Assembly (NCBI GenBank): GCA_021432655.1
Contig: MU271206.1
Location: forward strand, 124,001-163,239
Direction of reading: 5' to 3'
Origin: Atractiella rhizophila
Taxonomy: Eukaryota
Length of the DNA: 39,239 nt
The position numbers and the translations under genes are program-made. Numbering within the stretch: the first letter of the stretch is position 1; every line of letters begins with the position of its first letter. Below are positions 11,226-22,426 of the stretch, one piece after another. The notes below the pieces were generated by a model. It was given only the letters and a program-made list of their open reading frames with translations, had not been told where the DNA came from and made no database searches.

Positions 11226-11528
11226 CGCTGTTAAAAGGCAGTGTCATTCCTGCCTACAGGTCACTGTTTCTGTCGATCGATTTCAAAGAGGCAGTCGGAC
11301 CTGCATCAAGTCACCTTTTCATTTGCATAGAAATAAAGGAGTTCTCACGCCTTTCTGAAATGTTGAGCAGCTATTTCGTGATATCCTGCGATAAGACGCG
11401 CTCCATATCACAAAAGACGCGAAAAAGTTGGTTGGCGACAGCGCACGTGATACCATACTCTCGTTTGGCAAACTACGAGTCGGCTATACCAAGTACCTTC
11501 GCCACAGGTTCAGATCAACATCGACAGA

Positions 11529-14175
11529 ATGTCAGCCTCGCCTTCTCCTTCTTTGAGCTCATTCCAAGTTCCAGAGAAACGGCCGCGAGGGAGGCCAAGG
11601 AAGAATCCTCTGCCAACTCCGTCCGCGGAGGCAGCGACGGGGGGTACGGCAGATGCACCATTAAATGGGGAAGAGGAAGAGAAGTCTGAGCCCGTGGAGA
11701 GGTTGCAGGGGTCTAGGATTGTTGAGGTAAGTCTACTTTCCAACCGTTTCTGGGAATTTGGGTTTGGAGTCGCAAAGACACGAGAGAAAGTATGGCTTCG
11801 TTGCTGTATGCCAATTTGGTCAAAGTAGCGTATGCAGAAGTATTCCACCACTAGCTATAAAATTGTCATTCAAACATTTCTTCGATGTTTGACCTTCGAG
11901 ACAGTCGCGCGTACCATTCTACATCTGCGGGTGAACTCCTAATTCGTCGTACTTCACTGAAGTGCCGATATAGGGTGGCACTATTTATGATTTCTCCCGC
12001 CGAAATCACTTGGATTTAGCTTGAATTTCATGTCATAATGGAAGCAAAAGGTGACATTGCGCCCATAACACGTCTTTGGGCTCTGCGCCACCGTTTCTGC
12101 TGTCTTTGACGCGACGCGTAGTGGAAGTTTGGATCTCCTTTAAAGGAAGATGGAAACGACATAGCCAGCTTGCTTGGAAGTCTCTGTTAGATGTAGAATA
12201 ATTAAAATTTCCCCACAGCTCAAAATTCAGAGCCGTCGCAGAATGTTGATTTTGGATTCTCCGGCCTCCCCCTGCGAGGTGCGAGGTGGAATCCAGACAT
12301 CTTTTCTAGTGGTGCCAACTCCAGTCATGTATTCCACAACGGAAGGCGTATTGTGATTGGCCTGACCATCGCCCTTCACACAGCATGTCACTAACCTCAC
12401 ATGATGTTCACAGGGTATATCATATCCTATAATCAGGTTCGCGTCCCTCCTTTCTGTCTTTGTTGCATGCCCACTCAGGATGGTCTCACTGTAAAGGGAC
12501 GAGATGGTCCTTCCCTCCGATCCGAAGGGAGCAGAGAAAATAGACATAAACGGCAATCTCCTGGGCGGTACGTTTCCCGTTCCCTCATCCTCTATCTTGA
12601 ACATGTGTCTGACGAAGAATGAACCAGGCCGAGAATTCAAGATGCCATCATTCACTTTCCCTTTTCGCTCGAATACAAGCAAGGTGTTCATACTTGCGAT
12701 CGACGCTGCTCGCCAGATTGGATTTCGAGATTCGCTTTACTTCTTCAGAAGGAATCCGTTGGTTCATAAGATAGTTTGTACTCAGGTTCGTCGTCTTGTC
12801 ATCATTAAGGGACGAGCTGACCTCTCGCTTTGCTTGGTACTTCTTACCATAGGCGGAGAAGGATTATCTAATCGATAAATCTATCCTTCACACCAACCTA
12901 CGTGGGAGGAGTGTGACGATGGTCTCTGCTTTGAATCTATACAAAGCACTCGGAGCCAAAATGGTCAAGGGTCTGTCCTTCGTTCCATTACCAGACAACG
13001 AACTCAAAGATGTTATAGATGGCAAGTACGTGATTGACGACTACTATGAAGAGGAAGCACTCGCAAAAGGTCATAAACCAGGAGATTCTGCTGTCACGGA
13101 CCCATATGAGCCTGGGAAACAAGACTCGAGGGATACGGTAGCTGTTGGCGTGGGACCTCGCGGGATTCCCACACCATCCTACACCCATGTTCGTGGCGAG
13201 TTACAATTCGGGAATCGGGTGACGCTCCATTTGACCTTCCTGGGCTGGAGGGCAGTGAGGGGCAGGTGTGGGAGCCTTTGAAAGTGAACTTAGAGGGAGA
13301 CAGCTGGAAGTTCGAATATATGAAGGCGGTTTTACAAACCGATAGGTGGCTGAGAGAGGTACGGAGAGAGGGCAGGGAGGTGGTTTGGTTGGGAAGGGAT
13401 AAGGAAGAGGGAGAGGGTGAATGGGAGGTGGTGGAAGAGTATAGGGTTGAGAAGGAGGGAGCGAATGGAGTAAATGGGGAGGCGAGGAATAATGGGATGA
13501 ATGGATACGCAGATGTTGAGATGGCATTTGTTGATGGTCGCCATTTTCTTCTCCCAAGTTGCAAGTGTTGACATGGAGTATACGGGAACAGAACCGATAT
13601 CCTCCACAGAACCCTTCGAGTCTATCCCTTCACCATCTCGTGCCCACACACGGCCTACAGTTGCAATGAACGGCGCTGCCTCGTCTTCTTCCGCCCCTCG
13701 ACTCACCAATGGCAAGGGAACCACAGATTCAACCCCATCGTCTACTCGACCATCTCATTCACCAAACACCAATCGCAAGCGGAAATCCTCCAGTCCATCA
13801 CGAGCACTTCCAATTCTCAAACGCATGCGGCATCTGTCTCCCCCTTATGGGCGTTTCGAACCGCACACAAATGTACCCCATGTCCCAGTTCACACACAAC
13901 CTTGCTCTGTATCTGTTGAACGGATCGCCATCGAACCAGTGCTCGATTTGACGAATGATGAGGTGCGTACAGATGTGAGGGAGAGGAGAGCAGCGGCCAA
14001 ATTGGGGGTTTGGAGCGTGACGATGGAAATGCGGTCGGACAAAGGCGGTTGGGAGGATGTTTGGGTTGGTGGTGGAGGAAAGGAGGAGGAGGGAGAGGAG
14101 GAGGGAGAGGAGGAGGAAGAGGAGGAAGAAGACTCGGTTGTTTTACCATTCCGCACAAATGTTGCCTGTACATAA
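11529..14175 (+). CDS. Chromatin-remodelling complex Rsc7/Swp82 (Npl6-like) subunit with N-terminal AT-hook
   Basis: Exon 1 (11529-11726) carries KRPRGRPRK. Downstream exons give GISYPIIRDEMVLPSDPKGAEKIDINGNLLGGREFK..LAIDAARQIGFRDSLYFFRRNP..EKDYLI..RSVTMVSA..GAKMVKDGKYVIDDYYE (the CRC_subunit core), and the C-terminal part has GRFEPHT..TQP. The frame change at ~13190-13265 is unresolved (see findings). Confidence 0.85.
11727..12413 (+). other. 687-nt structured first intron of the Rsc7/Swp82-like gene (candidate intronic ncRNA or cis-regulatory structure)
   Basis: GTAAGT donor, ACTAAC branch (12390-95) and CAG acceptor. Nested helices: 11744-48/12338-42, 11753-57/12331-35, 11765-70/12318-23, 11846-54/12306-14 (9 bp) and 11916-26/12189-99 (11 bp), plus at least seven local hairpins. 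Confidence 0.7.
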
Positions 14176-14794
14176 CTGAAGTGAATGTTGAGTCCTGTGT
14201 CGTTTCGCATACTACTTACTTGCTCCATTTCTCACTGCAAACTCTGAGAACTACTCCAGCATCTCAGCCCATTCCACCATCACTCTCGACTGTTCTCTAC
14301 ACAAACTTTAAGTTTTGGTACAGCTAGGGTTCTCACTCTGGATGTTGTCAATCTCATTCAATGCCACCAGTCCAATGTCTCACCCTGGCTGTTATTGAGA
14401 ACCCGAATTGTCTCTTTACTGTTTATTCAGGCTATCGAGGCCAGTTCAAGCCAGTTCAAGTTCTAGAAAAGTTTTGAAGTCAAGGCATTCAGCTTGAAGT
14501 TGTCTCTGTCAAAGTATCTACTCTCCCAATGAGCTAACATTAAAACCCAGCAAGCTTTTGATAGAGGAAGATTAAGAATAAGTACTAGTAGCAGATGGCG
14601 ATGAGCAAGATAATCTGCTTGGAAAACGTGAGGATGATGTTAAGATGTAGAGAAGATGTAGAGCAATGGATGAAAACTTGAAAACGATTAGTCATCCGTA
14701 AGAGCATGCAGGAAGGTGCAGGAAGGGAGCTACTCCGGTGAATGATATGTAAAAACAGTATGTCAATGGTCTCAGTGTTTGAACCCGCCTGATT

Positions 14795-17700
14795 TTACTT
14801 CCTCATCTCCCACATGGCTTTAAAAACGCCATCCGGCCTAGCCAGCAAATTCTCTGGAGTGTCGAATTCGACTACCTTCCCATTCGCCAGCACGAGAAGT
14901 CGGTCATAGTCGATCACGGTCTGCAGCTGATGAAAGGGTCACATTAGCATCAAGGCCAAAGTTTGTATCCAAAGTTAAACTCACTCGATGTGCAATTGTA
15001 AGGACGATGGCATCTGCAAATTCCGTTCGAATCGCTTCTTGAATCTTGGAATCCGTCTCGAAATCAACAGATGCTGTAGCCTGAGGCCAACGAGTCATCA
15101 AAAGTCCGATGGAGCAGCATGGAGGACATACCTCATCAAGGATTATGATCCGACAGCTCCTCAGCATAGCCCTCGCCAGAGACAGTAGTTGCTTTTGTCC
15201 CGCGCTGAGGTTTCCGCCGCCGGCAGAGATCTTTTGCGCCAGACTTTTGATGTCGATGCGCTTACTTTTCATTTCATCCCCATTGTCAGGAGTGCTGGTT
15301 GAACCCATAAGGGTGGTATCGGACACTTCGGTTACTGACGGAGTGGCAGCACCTGAGGAGGGGCTGGATATGGAAACTAGATGGACACGCCGAAGAACCT
15401 CCCAGCACGCCTCGTCCCTGTTCCAGCCATTGTTAGGAATGGAAGAGAACAATGTGTGACTGACGTATGCTCTGATAATGGATCAAGATTAGAACGAATA
15501 GTGCCGCTAAAGATGGCGGGTTCTTGAGGAATGAAAGTCTACCAAGTAAGTTCATGAGATTCAGGGTATGTGCATGCAAAGGACCAACGAGATTCTGCCT
15601 GAGATCCTCAGTACCAATTTCCGTTATATCGATGCCATCAATCCTGCCCGTTGTCAGCTACTCAAGTTCCTTCAACTGTCAAAAAAAAATACAAGATTTT
15701 CCCGCTCCTCGGTTCAACACATCGCAAAAGAGCGAACGTTAACGAACTTTTACCGCTCCCGGTTCGTCCGACGATGCCTACCTTCTCTTTCGCTCTGATA
15801 GACACGCTGATTCCCTTGAGTACTGGTGCAAGGTCTGCGGCGTATGCCATTTCAAGCTTCTCGATCTCAATACCTCCTCTATCTGATGGCCAAAAGGCAG
15901 GTGGTCGACGTCCTTCAATGATCGCTGGTGGCTCCTGAGGAATGTCCTTTAGTTCTTCGATGCGCTGTAGACCTGGTATTTCTTTCTCAACATCGTTACA
16001 ACGGGGATCTTAAAAGGAGTGACTAACAGTTCATATTGACTTCCAGTTCGGCGAAGCTCGTAAGAAGACCGTAGGTACTGTCGGAGAGTGATATAGCGGA
16101 AGTTATTACTGCAAAGGGTCAGGTTCGGATATGATATCACGGAGCACACACCTAAGGCAGCAAATCCTGCAGAAACGCCGGATGTAATAGCCAGAAGGAT
16201 GGCAATGAGAGTGGACACTGCTCCTGCAACGTCAAATCGAGCCAGGAGCCAACGATTCGCATTCCACATCCCGTTGTATGACTTCATGTAAACGTCAACC
16301 TTATCCGCCACTTCTTCGTCAAATCTTCCTTGACAGTTGAAAGCACGGATTGTGACGAGTCCATGAAGTGTTTCGCCAAATTGTGAGTAAATTGGTGACT
16401 TCGAAATGGATTCCAGGCGACGGAATTCTCGTGATGCTGAAAGATATTGCTGGGACAATCGCCGGAAGACGAACAGTAATACGGCTGCTACGATGAGAAA
16501 CCAAGGGACAATAGCAATGACGAGGACGAGCTGCGAGGATATGACGAGTGAGCATTTTGTACAGGTTCTCAACGTACCGCTCGAATATACGAAACCGAGT
16601 TGTTAATGAAATTGCCAACATTGACCACGACATCATCGTCCAAAACACCTAGACGGCGTTCAACCGCTATCACTTGAAAGAGAACATAGCTAACCGAAAT
16701 CATGGGAGAAGCGGTTCAGAATCCTGCTTCCTGGTCAGAACTATGTCCTGCTATGCAAACAGCCGTGCTTACCGCCCAGTTGGCGTTCGGTCGAAATATC
16801 TACAGATTCATAAGTTACCTGGCGCTTTGACCTCGAACCAAGCCACACCTGAAGGTTCCACCGATTACTTTAGCTAAAGCATCGTAAAAAATGATTTTGA
16901 CGGCTTTAAGATGCAAGGCTCTCGATACGGCGAAAATAATCATGCCCATGACATTGAATCCGATGTCGAATGCGAGAAGAATGAGTAAATAAGGATTTAC
17001 GTTCTGTCGAGGATCTGGCAAACCCCAAGGATTTGTACCGTACAAGAACGTTGCAACGTCCGATTTCAGTTGGACAGGACCATACGCTTCGCCCCAAATC
17101 TTCATAAATATCTGCTGAAGAACACCTGTAAATGGGAGTAAGACTTTGCTCTAATAATAGCAGGCACTGACGTGAGCCTTCGCGTAGCCCATAGATGCAA
17201 AGAAGGAGAATCCAGAACCAATACCCAGCGGCGCGAATGTATGCTAGATACACGGTCCAGGGAACCTGACCTTCAGCCCTTGCCTCCTCTTCCACTAGCT
17301 TTTCTGGTGTGGCCATCCTTTCCTCGGTGTCGAAGGAATCATCTGTGTCCGGTTTGTCACTTTCTTCATGCTTCCGAGCTTTGTCCATGGCTGCTTCCTT
17401 CTCGATAACCTCTGACAACTCGCCAGAAGCGTCCTTAACAGATGAAATCTGTGAAATATCCTGGACCAAACTGATCCGTCCCTCTGACACCGTCACCATG
17501 AACGATGCAGCCGGTAGGCATAAGTCGACAGCATGAGTGACAAGCAACTAGGAATTACGTGAGATAGAAAGCATAAACAATAGCGGGAGCGCACCGTTGT
17601 CCGCCCTTTGAACAAATCTGACGAAAACGAGTTGACGAGATGTGCGCCAACGCCTGTGTCTACAGCAGCAAGTGTATCGTCTAGGATTAATATTTTGGCC

Positions 17701-20554
17701 GTCGAATAAAGAGCGCGAGCCAATGAGACGCGAGCCTACAGCCAGATGAACCCGCGGCCTAACGTTAGATGAGCGGAAGGATACCTTCTGCCCTCCACTC
17801 AGGCTTATGCCTTTCTCCCCAATTTCTGTTACTCAATGTGAGCAACCTCTTCTTCTCAGAGTAGCTAGAAACCCACCGGTTAGGTCTTTCAAATCGAGCA
17901 GCTTCAGATCAGGCTGCAAAGCACAAATCTCAATCACCGAGTTGTACCTCACTTCGTCGTAAGTCGAACCAAAGAGGATGTTGTCACGAATGGTGGCATG
18001 CTGAAGCCATGGGTGTTGGGCGACGTAAGCGATCTGCTCGTTGGGGAGCAACACTTCTCCCTCCTGCTTGAGTAATTCTAGTAGTTCGAGGTCAAGTTTA
18101 CATTTGTTGTTGAGAGTGCGACCATCATACCACCTAGAAGTGCCAACATCAGCGAGGTTTTGCCCGAACCACTGGCGCCACATATAATACTGAGCCGTTC
18201 TTGGGGGAAGGCGACGTTAATATCTTTGAGGGTAAAACTGTCCTCTGCCTTTCCATACGAGAATGTGGCGTTTCGGAACTCTATTCGTTGAGGAGAATCA
18301 AGTGCAGACTTGGAAGGGGTCTCGATTTCCTCCTCTTCAAAAAACCGTTCTAGCCTGCCTACAGAGGCGAAAATCCCGAGAAAGTTGACAAACGCGTAAG
18401 ATATAACGGACATGGGCTAGATGGCACAGTGGTCAGTGAGTAATCGTTGTGCTGGGATCACATTTGCCTTTGCCAATAATGTGAATACCCTCAATGCGGT
18501 GAAAGCGATAGGGATGGTAAGATCCCGCTTGGCGACTTTAACGAAGCAAAGAAAGCAGACGTATGTTATTCCGGGAAATGTGAGCGTGCTAGTAGGTCAT
18601 TGCAGTCAGTCTGGTGCGGACAACAGAAAGAGAAAAGCGTACATGAAGAAGATGGCGACTACATTCACCATAAACATCTTCGCATAGACATGCAACTCCT
18701 TGTCTCTGATCTGCACGGGTCGTTCAACAGGCAACAGCCAAAGGCATTGTTCCATACCGCGTAAAGCTTTTTGGCAAATGCACGCTCCCAGCCGAACCAT
18801 TTCAGTTGTCTATGGTACATTAGAACACTGGTTGGATGGCATACCGGTGACAAAAATACCTGATAGATCCAATCAATTCAGCCTGGACCTCCATCTTCTC
18901 GTCAAGGACAGCATTGTTTTCGTTTATATACTGCAAGCGAAAAGCGATTAGCAGGCTCGGACGTCTGAAGAACTTGGACGCACTTTCCAATACCACTTGA
19001 CCGTCAATGCTGTCAAGCGAGATCCAATCGGCAGTATGATGAAGCCTGCGAAGGCGCTCCATCCCAGTAACCTGCAGGCCGACTTTCAGGATAGCCCATT
19101 CATAATGAGAAAGAGTTACTGATAGAGAAAAACAAGGCCGATAAGGGCTTCTAACGGCGCCTTGACCATTGGCATCAGGGATTGACACATGCCTCCGACA
19201 GAATTTGCGTCGCCTGACATAAGGTTGTAGATTCTGCCTACAATATGGGTCGATATTGTGGTGGCAAAATTCAATGCCAACGGTGAAAGCACGCACCATG
19301 ATCTGCTGGCTTCTTCTCGTCAGTTTTATCTGAAGCTTCACCAGTCCCCGAAGTTATGGTCAAATCTCTCCTTCGAAGGGATTTCCTCATCACTTCGCCC
19401 GTCAATATCGTCCTCCATCGTATTTGCCCTCGTCGGAGTAACCATGCGGTATTAATGTTCATCTATCGAATCAACAATGAATAATAAGACCAGAGGAGGA
19501 AGAGGTCCTAACTTCGATGTCCACAAGTGAGAGCAAAAACATCCACATGGCATATTGGAATAGTTTCCATTTATCCGGGGCAGCAGCAGAGGAAAGTTGC
19601 GTCAAAATCTTCTGCAAAAAGAAAGGGCTGGAGTAGGAGATCACAACCTATTGCTACAATGTCGGCTGTTTTGAGCGAGACCGGAAATGATGACAGACCT
19701 GCACCAAAGAAATGAACGTTGATATTCCCAGATCAAACGCGTTGACCCGAAGCAATTTCTTCCAAAGTTTGTCGTACTGAGGTGTGCTTTCCCATTCAGC
19801 CCTTGTGCTCCTGCTGTGCATATAAGCCGGGAGCGGCCACACGTCAGAGGGTTCCAGTCTGCCTTTCCTGTGAGCGAAGGAGATCATCTCCGTGAACCTG
19901 ATACAGCTCAAATCTCAGAAACGAAACAGATTAAAATAACAGCACAAAGTACGAACCACGATACTGAAATCCATTCGAACAAAGTGACACTGTCTTCCCT
20001 CGCCATTCCATCCGACTTTTCCCTCGGAACATCCAAGGGCAGGGTACCGAGGACATGAATCGCGAGAAGGACTGCAAGAAGCTCCCAGCCTTGACTCTTC
20101 CGCTCAAGAAGAAGATTGATGTCAATCCCGGCTTGTACAACGAGCGAAATGAGAGCCGACCAAAGCGGAGTGCGAAGGGGGAAGGCGAACACATGTAGCA
20201 CGATAAGGAGTGCAAAGTATATGGCTGTAACGAGGTCTGTGGCTAGCGACTGAAAGGTGCGAGGAGAGTCGGCGAATGCTATTCCGAGAGCCAATGTGCG
20301 CCAGAGGAGTGGGACGATCAAGGCGAGCATGAGAAGGCTCGTCTTCCATCGCGAGAGCCCAGTACTCAAGTCTTTCTCGGACGACACCGAAGGAGGTGGT
20401 GCTGTTTTCCGGTAGATGTGCCAGTGGACGTTTTTCCCTAGGGTGATGACTAGCAGCAGCGATGGAGGGAACCATGAAGCCTGTGCCGTCCGTCTGATAT
20501 TAGAGATGTGCAACGAGGAAGAAGGAGCCGCACGATGAATTCCCAAGTTGTCAT
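14795..20554 (-). CDS. ABCC/MRP-family ABC transporter (Ybt1/Bpt1/Ycf1-like), full length, more than 25 introns
   Basis: Two NBDs. NBD1 has GASGSGKTS, EIGEKGISLSGGQKARVSLARA and LILDD. NBD2 has KVGIVGRTGSGKSS, NLSAGQKQLLSLARA, ILDEATASVD and IAHRLQTVIDYDR. TMD motifs are FDRTPTGRILNRFS and RRLESISKSPIYSQFGETLHGLVTIRAF. The start MTTWEFI|ASWF is inferred. Confidence 0.93.
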
Positions 20555-21472
20555 TGTCCTTTGGCTATTCGCCTACCACAAAGTCTTGGGTGAAGGAACC
20601 TCGGTTATGGTTCAGCTACTGTCGGTCAGACTACAGACAACGGATGAAGGTCCTCAGAGCTTGTGGCCGTCTTTCGCAAAGGAAGAAAAGCGGAAAGCAA
20701 GGTCACTCAAAGTCTGGTTACCAGAAGGCTAGGATACTGGACGGAAACTGGAAGGGCTCTCTCCCTTTCATGTGCGGGAATCCAACGTCCAAGTCCAACC
20801 GACCCAAATTGGAAGCTCGTGAACAGCATGTACAGTACTTCCGATAGCGCGACAGCGTTGCAGACGACGAGTCTGTCCCGATTTTCGATGAAGCCGGAGG
20901 ACAATATATGAATGCCTTCAGGGACGTGTAAGCGGAAGGGGGATCCTTGAAGCATTCCTCGCCTGTGTTCATGTGAAGAAAGAGAATGGACCAAAATCCA
21001 TCCACTTTGTGATCTAACTTTCTATTGACCATTCCGAAGTCAGGATTGCTTGCTGCATTTGGAGCAAGAGCAAGACAATATGCGTAGCTCTTACTGAACA
21101 CTTACTCGACGTAAACAAAACAAAACCTGTAATGAATATTTACTGGAGCAGAGAAGCTCAACACTTTGGCTGTCACGTGTTCCGGCTATGTGCAAAACGG
21201 TGGTACCCGTGGTACTCTTCATCCATATCCATGCGCCTCATCACTGCCAACTTCAATGTCCAACACCTGTGGCTTTCTCTGCTTCAGCAACCAGTCAACC
21301 AATCGTCAATCTAAAAATATTGGTGGAGCATTCATATCCACCCGATTTCTCTATTTCACATTTCCCCACTCTTGCCCACAGTACAAGCTTTAGTCAGCTA
21401 CCCAGAGGAAGTCGTTGAAATGATTGCGAATGTTGATCATAGTTTGTTTGGGTCGGTAGTTCTGGGTTCAAG

Positions 21473-21958
21473 GTGAGCAGTCAGTCCTTTGACAGAAGCA
21501 TTTCTTTTGCATGCTCATATCTCGCTATGGAGAACGATCGTGACTGTAATTACTCTTGGCAATTAGAGCACCAGCGAGCGACGAGTGTTGCGAGTCTCGG
21601 AGTTCGCTGCTTCTGAGTCTGCAGAACATGCAAAGGACAGCAATTGAAACTATTCGGGTGTCGCTCCTCGGAAACTGCACGGAAAGAACATTCAACAGCC
21701 TGTCGCTCACATGTTTCACCTCGGGTCTTAGGAAGCGAGCATGAAGTTGAATGTCGCCACATTCTTGTGACCTCGCGTCAAGTTGTCGATTTATTGCAGA
21801 TTGCCTGCGTGTTTGGAACGCGAATGGACTCGAATCAGAGGGAAGAAGCGATTCATGTGTTCGATGTACAGCAGGTTGAGGGGACTTGTCCGAATGCAAA
21901 GAATGTGATAGACATTTGATTCGAGTTTCGGTTCGATTCGCCCTTCTTTTGCCTACAG
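21473..21958 (+). other. 486-nt structured intron-like segment upstream of PTR2 (possible 5'UTR or lncRNA intron)
   Basis: AAG|GTGAGC donor, TTTTGCCTACAG acceptor and a second GTGAGC donor 4 nt later. Perfect helices at 21828-37/21917-26 (10 bp), 21688-96/21746-54 (9 bp) and 21758-66/21899-907 (9 bp). No canonical CTRAY branch site was seen. Confidence 0.4.
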
Positions 21959-22426
21959 AGCTGTGAGCTCGCTGTCAAGACTGTGGCCAGGATGATGCCA
22001 GAGGCTGATCTTCCCATCCGAGTGACATCTGTCTGCTCTTGCTTCTCGAGATCTCATCCACTAATCCACATTCATATATCGTCCACGGCATCTCCCTAAT
22101 CAACACACGGGTGAAGCTGGGTGAGGCACGCGGTATGCCGAGGAGTTTGAAGAGGCTTGGAATACCGAGAATAGAGCCGTGATTTCAAGTGCACGCCACC
22201 AAATTGCACACGAGCGTGGTTGGTGACGCACACTTAGCAAAAATTTAGTGTGCCGAGATGAATGCCTCCCGCGTGCCAATCTCAGAGATCGTTGAATCGA
22301 GCTCAAACTGACGCGACCACGATAAAAACCTGTCCAGATTTTTATTTCCTCCTTCGACCTCCCCCAGCCTTCCCACCCCACCCCACTTTCGTTGATTGAG
22401 TTCAGGCAGAGAACTTGAAGCTCACA

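Noticed and set aside
11727..12413. Telomerase RNA, RNase P/MRP RNA or TPP riboswitch as the identity of the structured introns
   Set aside because: No CUAACCCUA-type template. CR-I/CR-V motifs are not present in the right order. No GCUGAGA/CUGAU..UAAU TPP core. A covariance-model search is still needed to exclude divergent members.
10553..14327. Numerous long antisense or alternative-frame ORFs over low-complexity coding regions
   Set aside because: These are shadow ORFs of GA/CT-rich real exons with no independent evidence.
14438..14730. Short two-copy tandem duplications (GCCAGTTCAA, AAGATGTAGAG, TGCAGGAAGG)
   Set aside because: Ordinary slippage duplications in 3' intergenic DNA, with no array, spacer or terminal-repeat structure.
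20548..21418. Overlapping 60-127 aa ORFs upstream of the ABC transporter
   Set aside because: No motifs or coherent exon chain, and most have non-ATG starts. Probably promoter or UTR sequence.
21930..21945. GGTTCGATTC T-loop/B-box-like motif suggesting a tRNA
   Set aside because: No T-stem, D-arm or acceptor stem can be formed around it.
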